NCBI GenBank assembly: GCA_043739385.1
Contig: JAYUED010000008.1
Location: 893-64,892 of the forward strand
Origin: Betaproteobacteria bacterium
GTDB taxonomy: Bacteria; Pseudomonadota; Gammaproteobacteria; Burkholderiales; Burkholderiaceae_C
Direction: 5' to 3'
DNA: 64,000 nt
Shown: positions 54,238 to 64,000 of the stretch, piece by piece
Layout: each line of letters opens with the position of its first letter
Position numbering within the stretch: position 1 is the stretch's first letter
The notes under the pieces: generated by a model
What the model saw: the letters and a program-made list of their open reading frames with translations, nothing else
What the model was told of the DNA's origin: nothing
Databases searched by the model: none
Made by a program: the position numbers and the translations under genes

Positions 54238-56381
54238 TCCAGCTCCAGGGTAAAAACCGTGCCTCCTTCGGCCCGGTGGTTCAGATACAGGCGGCCACGG
54301 TGGCCTTCCATGATGGTGCGGCAGATGTTCAGGCCCAGCCCCAGACCGTCGGGCTTAGTGGTGAAGAACGGCGCAAATACCTGCTCGGCCAGGGTTTTAT
54401 CAATGCCCGTTCCCTGATCAGCTACGTGGACGTACAGGCAGCCCGCTTTAAGCTCCGCGTCGATTTCTACTACCCGGCGCTCCGCTGGGGTGGCCTGCAT
54501 GGCCTGCAGGCTGTTGAGCACCAGGTTCAGCAGCACCTGTTCTAGCAACACGCGGTCACCGCGCACGGTGGGCAAGTCTGCGGGAATGCGCACTATGGCC
54601 CGGGCTTGCTGCTGGCGCATTTCGCCCTGTAGCAGGGCCAGCACATTGGCGACTAGGGCGGCTACCGTGCAGTCTTCCAGTCCTGCGGTGCGCTGGCGCA
54701 CGAAGCCACGGATGCGGCGCACGATCTCGGCGGCGCGCTGGGCCTGGGCGGCGGTTTCATCCAGACTACTGACCAGCAAGTCTTGCTTGCCCTGTTCCGC
54801 AAAGGCCTTCGCAGCGCTGGCGAAATTGCTCAGCGCGGCCAGCGGCTGGTTCAGCTCGTGGGCCAGTGTGGACGCCATCTCGCCCAGGCTGGCGAGGCGC
54901 TGGGCGTGTTGCAGTTGTTCGTCGTGCTGGCGCTGGCGCAGTGCGGTGCGTTTTTGCTCGGTGATGTCCACCACCGAACTCATCCAGCCGCTGTGCTGGC
55001 CGTGGGCATCGATCAGCCGGGCGGTGTAGACCATGGTCAGTACATCGTGCCCGTCACGGTGCCGCACGCGGGACTCAAAGCCGGAGAGCGCGGCCTGACC
55101 GCTCATGGTGGCCTCAAAGTTTTGCCAGTGCTGCTCTACGTCGTCCGGGTGCCAATAGGGGTATGGTGGCAAGCGACCCAGCAGCTCGTCGGCGCGGTAG
55201 CCTGTCATGGCACACAGGGCGGGGTTGACGTAGATGATGTGGCCGTTCAAGTCGCGGGCTCGCATGCCCACCACCAGTGAATCTTCCATGGCTTTGCGAA
55301 AGGCGTGGGCTTCGTCCAGCTCTGCCGTGCGCTCGCGGACCCGCACTTCCAGCTCGCGGCGGGCATCGCGCTGCTCGGCAAAGCGGCGCTCGCGCAGTTG
55401 CCAGTACAGCCCTCCCAGCAGCAGCAGGCCCGCGCACAGCAGGCCTAGCATCCAGGTGCGTTCGCGGGCATGGGTGACGGCGGCGTAGTCGGCCATCACC
55501 GTTAAAGTCCAGCCTAGGTCCGGCAGGGCTTCGTCCACCGCAAGAAACTGGCGCGGGCGACCGTCAATACGGGTCTGGACCACGTAGCCGGGGGCATCCG
55601 CCGCACGGTTCAGCGTCCAGGGCAGCAGCGCAAAGCTGTGGTGCGCACCGTACTGCTGATGGCTCAGCACCCAGTCCAGGTTGTCACCCTCCACGGCGCG
55701 GGTTGCCTGGTACAGCCAAGGCAGCACCGAGCCCAGAAACACAATCCCGTGCGCATCGGTTAGCAAGATGGGATCGCGTGCAAAGCCCCAAGCATCCTGG
55801 ATCTGCCGCAGGCTGACCTTGACGGTGACCACGCCGAGCACCGAGTCCCCCCGGCGCACCGGTGTGGACAAGAATAGCCCCGGCTCGCCCGTGGTCTGAC
55901 CTACGCCATAAAACTGGCCGTTGCGGCCCGCTAGAGCATCGCTGAAATACGGACGGTTGGCATACGACTGGCCGACAAAGCTCTGCGCTGTATTCCAGTT
56001 ACTGGCCGCTAGGGTGCGGCCCTGCAGGTCGATCAGGTACAACACATCCGAGCCAGCTCGGAGGTTTATCTCTTCGATGTAATGGTTGGCTCGCTGCTGC
56101 ACGGCAGGGTCGCTCGGATGGGCCAGCGCCGCCAGCACACCCGGGTGCTGGGCTACCGTGAATGGCAGGTAGCTGTACTTGGCCGCCGTGCCGCGCAGGG
56201 CCAAAGCATGGACCTCGATGGCACGGAGGATACTGTCGGCCTGAAAGTTGGCCTCGCGTCGCGCTGACCACTGCCCAGCTGCTGCGATCAGCAGGAAGGC
56301 CAGCAGTGCCACCACGGCAGCCCACAGCCAGCGCATACGGCGGTGAGTCAACAGGGGCAGGGCAAAAGTTTTTGACAACAC
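54213..56381 (-). CDS. Sensor histidine kinase with a periplasmic Cache-like domain, PAS, HisKA and HATPase (DctS/DctB-like)
   Basis: 722 aa with 2 TM segments flanking a ~270-aa periplasmic domain, H-box MASTLAHELNQPL and G-box DQGTGI. Confidence 0.9.
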   Translation of the reverse strand: MLSKTFALPLLTHRRMRWLWAAVVALLAFLLIAAAGQWSARREANFQADSILRAIEVHALALRGTAAKYSYLPFTVAQHPGVLAALAHPSDPAVQQRANHYIEEINLRAGSDVLYLIDLQGRTLAASNWNTAQSFVGQSYANRPYFSDALAGRNGQFYGVGQTTGEPGLFLSTPVRRGDSVLGVVTVKVSLRQIQDAWGFARDPILLTDAHGIVFLGSVLPWLYQATRAVEGDNLDWVLSHQQYGAHHSFALLPWTLNRAADAPGYVVQTRIDGRPRQFLAVDEALPDLGWTLTVMADYAAVTHARERTWMLGLLCAGLLLLGGLYWQLRERRFAEQRDARRELEVRVRERTAELDEAHAFRKAMEDSLVVGMRARDLNGHIIYVNPALCAMTGYRADELLGRLPPYPYWHPDDVEQHWQNFEATMSGQAALSGFESRVRHRDGHDVLTMVYTARLIDAHGQHSGWMSSVVDITEQKRTALRQRQHDEQLQHAQRLASLGEMASTLAHELNQPLAALSNFASAAKAFAEQGKQDLLVSSLDETAAQAQRAAEIVRRIRGFVRQRTAGLEDCTVAALVANVLALLQGEMRQQQARAIVRIPADLPTVRGDRVLLEQVLLNLVLNSLQAMQATPAERRVVEIDAELKAGCLYVHVADQGTGIDKTLAEQVFAPFFTTKPDGLGLGLNICRTIMEGHRGRLYLNHRAEGGTVFTLELECPLCPPL

Positions 56382-56490
56382 AGAACGGACAGACGGGGGA
56401 AATGTGCAAAAGTGGCGGTCAAAAGATTGTGCATGAACCTTGTATGACTACTGCATGGTCCCTGCATGCACCGGCAGTGCAGGAAAAATA

Positions 56491-56991
56491 CTACTCTTGC
56501 ACCGATGCATCCGTATAAACCGCCGCCAAATCAAACCGCTGACCCCGCAGATGGTCTTCCATGCACTTCACAAGCAGAGGGCTGCGGTGGCGATCCGAAC
56601 TAGCGCGAATTTCGTCGGGCGTCATCCACAACGTGCGAACGATGCCTGTGTCCAGCGTGGCTCCTGGTACCTGCTCGCCTAGTTCGCCACAGAACGCAAA
56701 GCGCAGGTACGTTACATCCTCCTCAGGACGCTGAAAGCGTGACAGGTACACGCCGACCAGCGCGGTGGGCGTGAAGCGAAAGGTGGTTTCCTCCAGCGCT
56801 TCGCGGGCGCAGCCGTCAGCGGGGGATTCACCGGGATCGAGGTGGCCCGCTGGGTTGTTCAGCTTCAGACCTTCGGGTGTGTGCTCTTCTACCAGCAAGT
56901 AGCGGCCGTCACGCTCAATGATGGCTGCTACGGTCGCGCTGGGCTTCCAGCGGGGAGTGGTCGAGGCGATGGCGGCGTGGGGTAGTTTCAT
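56491..56991 (-). CDS. NUDIX hydrolase
   Basis: Nudix box GHLDPGESPADGCAREALEETTF. Confidence 0.88.
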   Translation of the reverse strand: MKLPHAAIASTTPRWKPSATVAAIIERDGRYLLVEEHTPEGLKLNNPAGHLDPGESPADGCAREALEETTFRFTPTALVGVYLSRFQRPEEDVTYLRFAFCGELGEQVPGATLDTGIVRTLWMTPDEIRASSDRHRSPLLVKCMEDHLRGQRFDLAAVYTDASVQE

Positions 56992-57174
56992 GGTGCCGTG
57001 ATGATGACATCAAGACGAGATTATCCAAAACGCTTCAAAAGACGCTAACGCGCTGTTAACCGGAGCGCTGCTCGAGGGCGTTTGGCTGTCTCACAAGGGT
57101 CTTCTCTTAAAAATACGTGAAAAAGTCATGTAAGCTTCGCTCAAATTTCCGCAACCGATACGAGGAGACCCTCT

Positions 57175-58290
57175 ATGCTGATAGGCGTACCCACTGAAAC
57201 TACGGTGGGCGAAACCCGCGTCGCCGTCTCGCCTGAGACGGCGAAGAAACTCATAGCCCAAGGCCACACCGTGCGCATCCAGTCGGGCGCAGGCATCGCT
57301 GCCAGTGCGCCCGACGATGCATACACAGCCTTTGGCGCTGAAATTACAGATGCCGCTGGCGCGTTTGGTGCTGATTTGGTTCTTAAAGTGCGCAACCTGA
57401 GCGACGTTGAAATCGCCTTGGTTAAACCCGGTACCACCGTGGTTGGCATGCTTAACCCGTTCGACGCGGCAGGCCTCAAGCGCTTGGCTGACGCCAACAT
57501 CACGGGCTTTGGCCTGGAAGCAGCACCCCGGACTTCCCGTGCCCAAAGCATGGACGTGCTGTCATCTCAAGCCAACATCGCCGGTTACAAAGCGGTGATG
57601 ATGGCGGCGGACAAGTACCAGCGTTTCTTTCCCATGCTGATGACTGCTGCGGGTACCGTCAAGGCTGCGCGCGTGGTGATCTTGGGCGTGGGCGTGGCGG
57701 GCCTGCAAGCCATTGCCACTGCTAAACGACTGGGTGCTGTGATTGAAGCGTCTGATGTGCGGCCTAGCGTGAAGGAGCAAGTTGAGTCACTCGGTGGCAA
57801 GTTCATCGATGTGTCCTACGACACCCCGGAAGAAAAAGAAGCCGCTATAGGTGTGGGCGGCTATGCCAAACCCATGCCGCAAAGCTGGCTGGACCGCCAA
57901 AAGGTGGAAGTCGCCAAACGTGTAGCACTGGCTGATGTGGTCATCACCACGGCCTTGATTCCAGGTCGTGCAGCACCAATTCTCGTGACGGAAGACATGG
58001 TCAAGGCCATGAAGCCCGGCTCCGTGATTGTCGATTTGGCTGCTGCCCAAGGCGGCAATTGCCCATTGACGGAAGCTGATAAAACCGTGGTCAAACATGG
58101 GGTTACGCTGATTGGCGAGACCAACCTGCCGGCCCTGGTGGCGGCGGATTCGTCATCGCTGTATGCCCGCAACATCTTGGACTTCCTGAAGCTCATCATC
58201 ACCAAAGAGGGCGCGCTCAATATCGACATGAGCGACGACATCGTGGCTGCGTGCCTGATGACCCAGGGCGGCGTCGTTTTACGCAAATAA
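57175..58290 (+). CDS. pntAA: NAD(P) transhydrogenase alpha subunit, part 1
   Basis: MLIGVPTETTVGETRVA...VILGVGVAGLQAIATAKRLGA. Confidence 0.95.
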   Translation: MLIGVPTETTVGETRVAVSPETAKKLIAQGHTVRIQSGAGIAASAPDDAYTAFGAEITDAAGAFGADLVLKVRNLSDVEIALVKPGTTVVGMLNPFDAAGLKRLADANITGFGLEAAPRTSRAQSMDVLSSQANIAGYKAVMMAADKYQRFFPMLMTAAGTVKAARVVILGVGVAGLQAIATAKRLGAVIEASDVRPSVKEQVESLGGKFIDVSYDTPEEKEAAIGVGGYAKPMPQSWLDRQKVEVAKRVALADVVITTALIPGRAAPILVTEDMVKAMKPGSVIVDLAAAQGGNCPLTEADKTVVKHGVTLIGETNLPALVAADSSSLYARNILDFLKLIITKEGALNIDMSDDIVAACLMTQGGVVLRK

Positions 58291-58304
58291 AAAGAGGAAC
58301 ACCC

Positions 58305-58640
58305 ATGGAACTCGTCTCTCACACCGTCACCAACCTCATCATCTTCGTGCTGGCCATTTACGTGGGCTACCACGTGGTGTGGACTGTTACTCCCGCGTTG
58401 CACACGCCACTGATGGCCGTGACCAATGCTATTTCTGCCATCGTCATCGTCGGGGCCATGCTGGCTGCGGCACAAACTGAAACCCCGCTGGGGAAAACCA
58501 TGGGTGTGCTGGCCGTGGCGTTGGCAGCTGTCAACGTTTTTGGTGGCTTTTTAGTCACCCGGCGAATGCTTGAGATGTTCCGTAAGAAGGACAAAAAACT
58601 TCCAGCCCCCGCCGCCGCTGGTGCCAAGGAGTCCAAATAA
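58305..58640 (+). CDS. pntAB: NAD(P) transhydrogenase alpha subunit, part 2 (membrane)
   Basis: About 111 aa with TPALHTPLMAVTNAISAIVIVGA. Confidence 0.9.
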   Translation: MELVSHTVTNLIIFVLAIYVGYHVVWTVTPALHTPLMAVTNAISAIVIVGAMLAAAQTETPLGKTMGVLAVALAAVNVFGGFLVTRRMLEMFRKKDKKLPAPAAAGAKESK

Positions 58641-60067
58641 TGAGCATGAGCCTCGTCACGCTGCTGTATTTGGTAGCTTCCATCTGTTTTATCCAGGCGC
58701 TCAAAGGCCTGTCTCACCCCACCACTTCGCTGCGCGGCAACTTGTTCGGCATGATCGGCATGGGTATCGCGATCGTCACCACGGCGGCGTTGATCGTGCA
58801 AATTTCTGGCTCAGCCACCAACCTGGGTTGGGTGCTGGTGGGCTTGTTGGTCGGTGGCTCAGCGGGGGCTTATGCCGCCAACAAAGTCGAGATGACCAAA
58901 ATGCCGGAGCTGGTGGCCTTCATGCACAGCATGATTGGTTTGGCGGCGGTGTTCATCGCTGTGGCGGCAGTGGTTGAACCTTGGGCGTTCAGTATCGTGG
59001 CCAAGGGCATGGCGATCCCTGCTGGCAACCGATTGGAGTTGGCGCTAGGCTCTGCCATTGGTGCGATTACCTTCAGCGGTTCGGTGATTGCATTTGGCAA
59101 GCTCAGTGGCAAATACAAATTTCGTTTGTTCCAGGGTGCACCTGTGCAGTTTGCCGGACAACATCAACTCAACTTGGTGTTGGGTTTGATTATGTTGATC
59201 AATATCGGACTCTTCACTTACAGCGGAGAACATACCTATTTTGTGATCGCAACTGCCTTGGCATTCGTTATGGGCGTGCTGCTAATCATCCCCATTGGTG
59301 GCGCTGACATGCCTGTGGTGGTGTCGATGTTGAACAGCTACTCTGGCTGGGCAGCTGCCGGTATCGGCTTCTCGCTGAACAATGCCATGCTGATCGTGGC
59401 TGGCTCCTTGGTCGGTTCAAGCGGTGCCATCCTATCGTACATCATGTGCAAGGCGATGAATCGCTCGTTCTTTAACGTCATTGGCGGCGGCTTTGGTGGT
59501 GAAGCCACTGCCGCGGCTGGCGGTGCTTCTGACCAACCCAAGCGCAATGTCAAAAGCGGCAGCGCCGACGATGCCGCTTTTGTGCTGAGCAACGCCGAAA
59601 CCGTGGTCATCGTGCCTGGCTATGGCTTAGCCGTCGCCCGTGCTCAGCATGCGGTGAAAGAGCTGGCCGCCAAGTTGACCGAAAAGGGCATCACCGTTAA
59701 ATACGCGATTCACCCGGTTGCGGGCCGTATGCCCGGTCACATGAACGTGCTGCTGGCCGAGGCCGAAGTGCCTTACGACCAGGTACATGAGATGGAAGAC
59801 ATCAACGGCGAATTCGGCCAAGTGGATGTAGCCATCATTCTGGGCGCAAACGACGTGGTAAACCCCGCCGCGCACGTGAAGGGCAGTGCCATCTACGGTA
59901 TGCCGATTCTCGAAGCCTATAAAGCTAAGACCATCATCGTGAACAAGCGCTCTATGGCTGCAGGCTATGCCGGGCTGGACAACGAACTCTTCTACATGGA
60001 CAAAACCATGATGGTGTTTGGCGACGCCAAGAAGGTGATTGAAGACATGGGCAAGGCGATTGAGTAA
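58640..60067 (+). CDS. pntB: NAD(P) transhydrogenase beta subunit
   Basis: 475 aa with VPGYGLAVARAQH...HPVAGRMPGHMNVLLAEA. Its ATG overlaps the pntAB stop by 1 nt. Confidence 0.95.
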   Translation: MSMSLVTLLYLVASICFIQALKGLSHPTTSLRGNLFGMIGMGIAIVTTAALIVQISGSATNLGWVLVGLLVGGSAGAYAANKVEMTKMPELVAFMHSMIGLAAVFIAVAAVVEPWAFSIVAKGMAIPAGNRLELALGSAIGAITFSGSVIAFGKLSGKYKFRLFQGAPVQFAGQHQLNLVLGLIMLINIGLFTYSGEHTYFVIATALAFVMGVLLIIPIGGADMPVVVSMLNSYSGWAAAGIGFSLNNAMLIVAGSLVGSSGAILSYIMCKAMNRSFFNVIGGGFGGEATAAAGGASDQPKRNVKSGSADDAAFVLSNAETVVIVPGYGLAVARAQHAVKELAAKLTEKGITVKYAIHPVAGRMPGHMNVLLAEAEVPYDQVHEMEDINGEFGQVDVAIILGANDVVNPAAHVKGSAIYGMPILEAYKAKTIIVNKRSMAAGYAGLDNELFYMDKTMMVFGDAKKVIEDMGKAIE

Positions 60068-60156
60068 CCCCGAGCGTCTTCAGACCTGATCCATCGCGTC
60101 TTCTCTTGGGTTTCCTAGGGAAAACACATCTTCCCGCTGGGTGGGCTCAAGACAGA

Positions 60157-60189
60157 ATGCCCCGCTGCCCCCCAGGCGCGGGGCATTTT
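60157..60189 (+). terminator. Rho-independent terminator after pntB
   Basis: atgccccgc-(12-nt loop)-gcggggcat followed by tttt. Confidence 0.7.
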
Positions 60190-60214
60190 GCATATTCTTT
60201 TGGAGAACTCAGAC

Positions 60215-61891
60215 ATGACCACACGTCCCTGGCTTAACGCCTATCCTGCAGGCGTACCCGCCGATATCGACGTTAATCAATACACGTCATTGGTCGAGCT
60301 GATTGACAGCGCTTTCGTTAAAAATGCTAGCAAGCTGGCTTACAGCTTCATGGGCAAAGCCATCAGCTACAGCGAGACCGACAGCTTGTCCAAAGCCTTC
60401 GGTGCTTACCTGCAAAGCCTGGGGTTGGCGCAGGGCGACCGCGTCGCGATCATGATGCCCAACGTGCCCCAATACCCCGTGGCAGTAGCGGGCATCTTGC
60501 GCGCAGGCTTTGTGGTAGTGAATGTGAATCCTCTCTACACGCCGCGTGAGCTGGAGCACCAGCTCAAAGACAGCGGTGCAAAAGCGATTTTGATTCTTGA
60601 AAACTTCGCAACCACCCTAGAGCAGTGCCTTGCCAAAACGGCTATCAAGCACATTGTGTTGGCGACAATGGGTGACCAGCTGGGGTTCATCAAGGGCGCT
60701 ATCGTGAACTACGTGGTGCGCAACAAGAAAAAGCTGGTGCCTGCCTTCAGTCTGCCCGGTGCGGTGCGCTTCAACGGCGCGATCGCCAAGGGCAGCCGTG
60801 GCACGCTGAAAAAGCCCAGCGTTAAAGCCGACGATGTGGCGGTGTTGCAGTACACCGGCGGCACCACGGGTGTCAGCAAAGGGGCTGTGCTGCTGCACAA
60901 GAATTTGGTCGCCAATATTTTGCAAGCAGAGGCTTGGTACCAGCCTGCACTGAAACTGATCCCCGCTGGCGAGCAAGTCGTGACAGTGTGTGCCTTGCCG
61001 CTCTACCATATTTTTGGTTTTAACTCGAACATGATGCTTGCACTGCACATGGGTGGTGCTAATATTTTGATAGCTAACCCCCGCGATTTGACTGCCACAC
61101 TCAAGGAATTAAGCCAGCATAAATTCCACAGCTTCCCTGCCGTCAACACGCTGTTCAACGGTCTGGGTAACCACCCCGATATGGGCAAAGTTGACTGGAG
61201 CCACCTGAAGATTTCGGTCGGTGGCGGCATGGCGGTGCAAAGCGCCGTCGCCAAACTGTGGAAAGAGAAAACCGGCTGCGCCATCATCGAAGGCTACGGC
61301 CTTTCCGAGACCAGCCCCTCTGCCAGCTGCAATGTTGCTGACAGTACCGTCTACAGCGGCAATATCGGGTTGCCCTTGCCCAATACAGAGTTCAAGCTTC
61401 TTGACGATGATGGCAATGAGGTACCCATCGGCGAGCCTGGCGAAATCGCCATTCGCGGCCCCCAGGTGATGGCCGGTTACTGGCAGCGCCCCGACGAAAC
61501 GGCCAAGGTAATGACGGCGGACAACTTCTTCCGCACCGGCGACATCGGCACCATGGACGAGTATGGATTCTTCAAAATCGTAGACCGCAAGAAGGACATG
61601 GTGCTGGTCAGCGGCTTCAATGTCTACCCCAACGAGGTTGAAGACGTGGTGTCCTCAATGCCAGGCGTGCTGGAATGCGCCGTGGTGGGCGTGGCCGATG
61701 CCAAGACGGGTGAAGCGGTCAAGTTGGTCATCGTGAAGAAAGACGCTTCCCTTACTGAAGCCCAGGTACGCGAATATTGCAAAACCAATCTGACGGGCTA
61801 CAAACAGCCCAAAGTGGTGGAATTCCGGCTTGATTTGCCCAAGACAGCCGTAGGCAAAATTTTGCGGCGTGCGCTGCGAGACAAATCGTAG
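60215..61891 (+). CDS. fadD: Long-chain-fatty-acid--CoA ligase
   Basis: MTTRPWLNAYPAGVP..., AMP-binding motif LQYTGGTTGVSKGAVL, and GYGLSETSP. Confidence 0.9.
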   Translation: MTTRPWLNAYPAGVPADIDVNQYTSLVELIDSAFVKNASKLAYSFMGKAISYSETDSLSKAFGAYLQSLGLAQGDRVAIMMPNVPQYPVAVAGILRAGFVVVNVNPLYTPRELEHQLKDSGAKAILILENFATTLEQCLAKTAIKHIVLATMGDQLGFIKGAIVNYVVRNKKKLVPAFSLPGAVRFNGAIAKGSRGTLKKPSVKADDVAVLQYTGGTTGVSKGAVLLHKNLVANILQAEAWYQPALKLIPAGEQVVTVCALPLYHIFGFNSNMMLALHMGGANILIANPRDLTATLKELSQHKFHSFPAVNTLFNGLGNHPDMGKVDWSHLKISVGGGMAVQSAVAKLWKEKTGCAIIEGYGLSETSPSASCNVADSTVYSGNIGLPLPNTEFKLLDDDGNEVPIGEPGEIAIRGPQVMAGYWQRPDETAKVMTADNFFRTGDIGTMDEYGFFKIVDRKKDMVLVSGFNVYPNEVEDVVSSMPGVLECAVVGVADAKTGEAVKLVIVKKDASLTEAQVREYCKTNLTGYKQPKVVEFRLDLPKTAVGKILRRALRDKS

Positions 61892-61944
61892 GGTGAACGG
61901 CAGATAAACGCCAGAAAACTATCAATCTCCATCTGCTCTCCATC

Positions 61945-62742
61945 GTGCCTGCCATCAAGTCTCCCCGCCCCATTGCCATCATGAGCGCTATGCGCGAGGA
62001 GCTGGCTGCGGTGCTGGCTTGTCTACCCGACGCCCGTGCTACGGTCGTGGCTGGGCGTGAATTCTGGCAAGCGCAGTGGCAGGGGCATAGCGTGGTGGCG
62101 GTGCAGGCGCGCATTGGTAAAGTGGCTGCAGCGACCACGGCCACGGTGCTGATTGAGCGATTTGACGTCCACAGTATCTTGTTTACGGGCGTCGCTGGGG
62201 GGTTGGGGCAGGGCGTTAAGGTGGGCGATTTGGTGGTGGGTAGCCATTTTGTACAGCATGACATGGACGCCTCGCCGCTGTTCCCCCGCTTTGAGTTGCC
62301 ACTGTATGGGTGTAGCGAGTTGCTGGCCAATGCAGCTTTGGTCACCGCCCTGTGCAATGCCGCCACCGCCGTGTTGGCAGATCCAGTGTGCCACGTGGGG
62401 GTGCAGGCGGTGACTCAGTTCCGACTTCAGCACGCACGTGTTCACCAAGGCTTGATTCTTAGCGGCGATCGCTTTGTCAGCACCACGGCAGAAAGTTTGG
62501 CATTGCAGACGGCTTTACCTATGGCGTTGGCGGTGGAAATGGAAGGCGCAGCCGTAGCCCAGGTTTGCCACGATTACGGCCTGCCTTTCGCTGCGGTGCG
62601 CAGCATCTCTGATCGCGCAGACGACGCTGCGCATGGCGACTTTGCGAAGTTTGTGCAAGCAGTGGCCAGCCGTTATTCAGCGGCGGTAGTCAGTGAGGCT
62701 TTAAAAATGCTATTCAATACAAAGCCGAAAGTGCTTTTGTAA
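61945..62742 (+). CDS. mtnN: 5'-methylthioadenosine/S-adenosylhomocysteine nucleosidase
   Basis: IAIMSAMREE...GIGKVAAA...FTGVAGGL...VEMEGAAVAQVC, with a GTG start. Confidence 0.85.
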   Translation: MPAIKSPRPIAIMSAMREELAAVLACLPDARATVVAGREFWQAQWQGHSVVAVQARIGKVAAATTATVLIERFDVHSILFTGVAGGLGQGVKVGDLVVGSHFVQHDMDASPLFPRFELPLYGCSELLANAALVTALCNAATAVLADPVCHVGVQAVTQFRLQHARVHQGLILSGDRFVSTTAESLALQTALPMALAVEMEGAAVAQVCHDYGLPFAAVRSISDRADDAAHGDFAKFVQAVASRYSAAVVSEALKMLFNTKPKVLL

Positions 62743-62843
62743 CAGGTCACTGACAACGTATCGACGCCTTTTCACCTGAGATGTCGTGGCAATCGCTATT
62801 TATCGACCAATGTGCACGAGGTTTTGGGAAGGTGTCACAGCTG

Positions 62844-62917
62844 CTATTAATTTCATAGCCATAAACGAGGGTAAACACTGGGGATTGAGTGAATTCCAAC
62901 AGTAAACTTTGATTCAA
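62844..62917 (+). repeat. Dispersed intergenic repeat, copy D
   Basis: ctattaatttcatagccataaacgagggtaaacactggggattgagtgaattccaacagtaaactttgattcaa. Confidence 0.45.
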
Positions 62918-63016
62918 ACACTTGCGACTGACAGGTTAACTGCGGTTGCCGCTTCACAAGCGTAAAAGGTTTTAGGCGTGTGCCCAACCCGATAACTATG
63001 CTCACAGGAGACAACC

Positions 63017-64000
63017 GTGCATTCACTCGAAAAAAGAACTCTGTCGAAAATCAGCTGGCGATTGCTGCCCTTGCTGATGATCAGCTACTTTATTGCCTAC
63101 CTTGACCGCGTGAATCTGGGTTTCGCCGGTGCGTCCATGTCGAAAGATATGGGCTTTAGCGCTGCTGTTTTCGGTAGCGCTGCGGGCATCTTTTTCATCG
63201 CTTATTTTCTGTTTGAGGTGCCCAGTAATATGGCTCTGGAGCGCTTTGGTGCGCGCCGCTGGATCGCCCGCATCATGTTCACTTGGGGCATCATGTCCGC
63301 TGCCCAAGCTTGGGTAGGTGGTGTTACCAGTTTCAATGTTGTGAGATTTTTACTGGGTATCGCCGAGGCCGGTTTTTTCCCTGGCATCATTTTTTACATC
63401 ACTCTCTGGTTTCCAGCGGCTTACCGGGCTCGCATCGTCGGCTGGTTCATGTTTGCTATTCCGATCTCGACCGTGATTGGATCCCCTATTTCAGGCTTTA
63501 TCCTCAATATGGATGGCATGGGCGGTATGCATGGTTGGCAATGGCTGTTCATTTTGGAGGCTATCCCGTCTTTCATATTGGCCTTTTTCGTCCTGTTTTA
63601 TCTGCCTGATGGTCCGAAGGATGCCAAGTGGTTGGCTGCTGATGAACTTGAATGGCTGACAAAAACGCTAGCTGCTGAGCGTAAAAACCGCGAATCAATC
63701 AACCAAATTACATGGCAGCAATCGCTGCTTAACCCCCGCGTCATTGCGCTGGGTTTCGTCTATATGGGCATTGCGGTGCCACTCTATGGCCTTAGCTTTT
63801 TCCTGCCGCAAATCATCAAGGGCTTCGGGGGGCTGAATAACGTTGAGGTCGGCTTTATCAACGCCTTTCCTTACCTGATTGGGGCGATTGCGATGGTGTT
63901 CTGGACGCGTTGGTCTGACGCACGCCGCGAACGCAAGTGGTTTTTACTGGTTCCGCTGGCTTGTATCTTTATCGGCCTCATGGCCGCAGCCGAAATCAGT
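63017..64000 (+). CDS. MFS transporter, ACS (anion:cation symporter; tartrate/phthalate-permease-like) family, 5' partial
   Basis: Absent from the ORF track because it is open at the window edge. GTG at 63017 with an aggag RBS. Translation reads VHSLEKRTLSKISWRLLPLLMISYFIAYLDRVNLGFAG...LLGIAEAGFFPGIIFYITLWFP. Confidence 0.85.
   Translation, partial: MHSLEKRTLSKISWRLLPLLMISYFIAYLDRVNLGFAGASMSKDMGFSAAVFGSAAGIFFIAYFLFEVPSNMALERFGARRWIARIMFTWGIMSAAQAWVGGVTSFNVVRFLLGIAEAGFFPGIIFYITLWFPAAYRARIVGWFMFAIPISTVIGSPISGFILNMDGMGGMHGWQWLFILEAIPSFILAFFVLFYLPDGPKDAKWLAADELEWLTKTLAAERKNRESINQITWQQSLLNPRVIALGFVYMGIAVPLYGLSFFLPQIIKGFGGLNNVEVGFINAFPYLIGAIAMVFWTRWSDARRERKWFLLVPLACIFIGLMAAAEIS

Overview
GC-rich chromosomal window covering the dnaA/replication-origin neighbourhood of a betaproteobacterium. 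It looks Burkholderiales/Comamonadaceae-like, but that is judged only from protein-sequence flavour and gene order, with no search run. gyrB (partial), dnaN and dnaA on the minus strand diverge from rpmH-rnpA-yidD-yidC and mnmE on the plus strand. Most of the rest is housekeeping or metabolic. It includes a CPA2 K+ antiporter, kdsD-kdsC-lptC, an RRM glycine-rich RNA-binding protein, a metX-metW fusion and chrA. A complete L-threonate/D-erythronate (ltnD, TRAP dctPQM, otnK-otnC-otnI) cluster follows, then cytochrome b561 with 2x YceI, CreA, rsmE, and a KgtP-like permease with a DctS/DctR-like two-component pair. The right end carries pntAA-pntAB-pntB, fadD, mtnN and several MFS transporters. 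The stand-out region is 16.3-24.0 kb, which holds two separate MNIO (DUF692)-based, bufferin-like RiPP loci. Locus 1 is a canonical DUF2282 precursor-DUF692-DUF2063-DoxX operon, divergent from an ECF sigma factor and a 63-aa RsrA-like zinc anti-sigma factor. Locus 2 has a 6-Cys 'CKG'-repeat precursor followed by one 589-aa fused DUF692-DUF2063 protein and no DoxX. Both precursor genes are preceded, at about the same distance, by an identical 11-nt motif. Between the two loci lie an ergothioneine pair with egtD intact and egtB reduced to a ~430-nt relic. Other points of note:
- a 3x Ig-like + DUF3500 lipoprotein whose signal peptide is only complete across a U_UUU_UUG/T6 frameshift site;
- a motif-degenerate DUF1537 'kinase' paralog in an operon with an M20 peptidase and an alpha/beta hydrolase;
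- a decayed IS5 relic with a gene fragment and an orphan solute-binding protein;
- a dispersed AT-rich intergenic repeat family (core AAATAGCT), with all copies in the same orientation.
No rRNA, tRNA, CRISPR array, prophage or recognisable defence system was seen.
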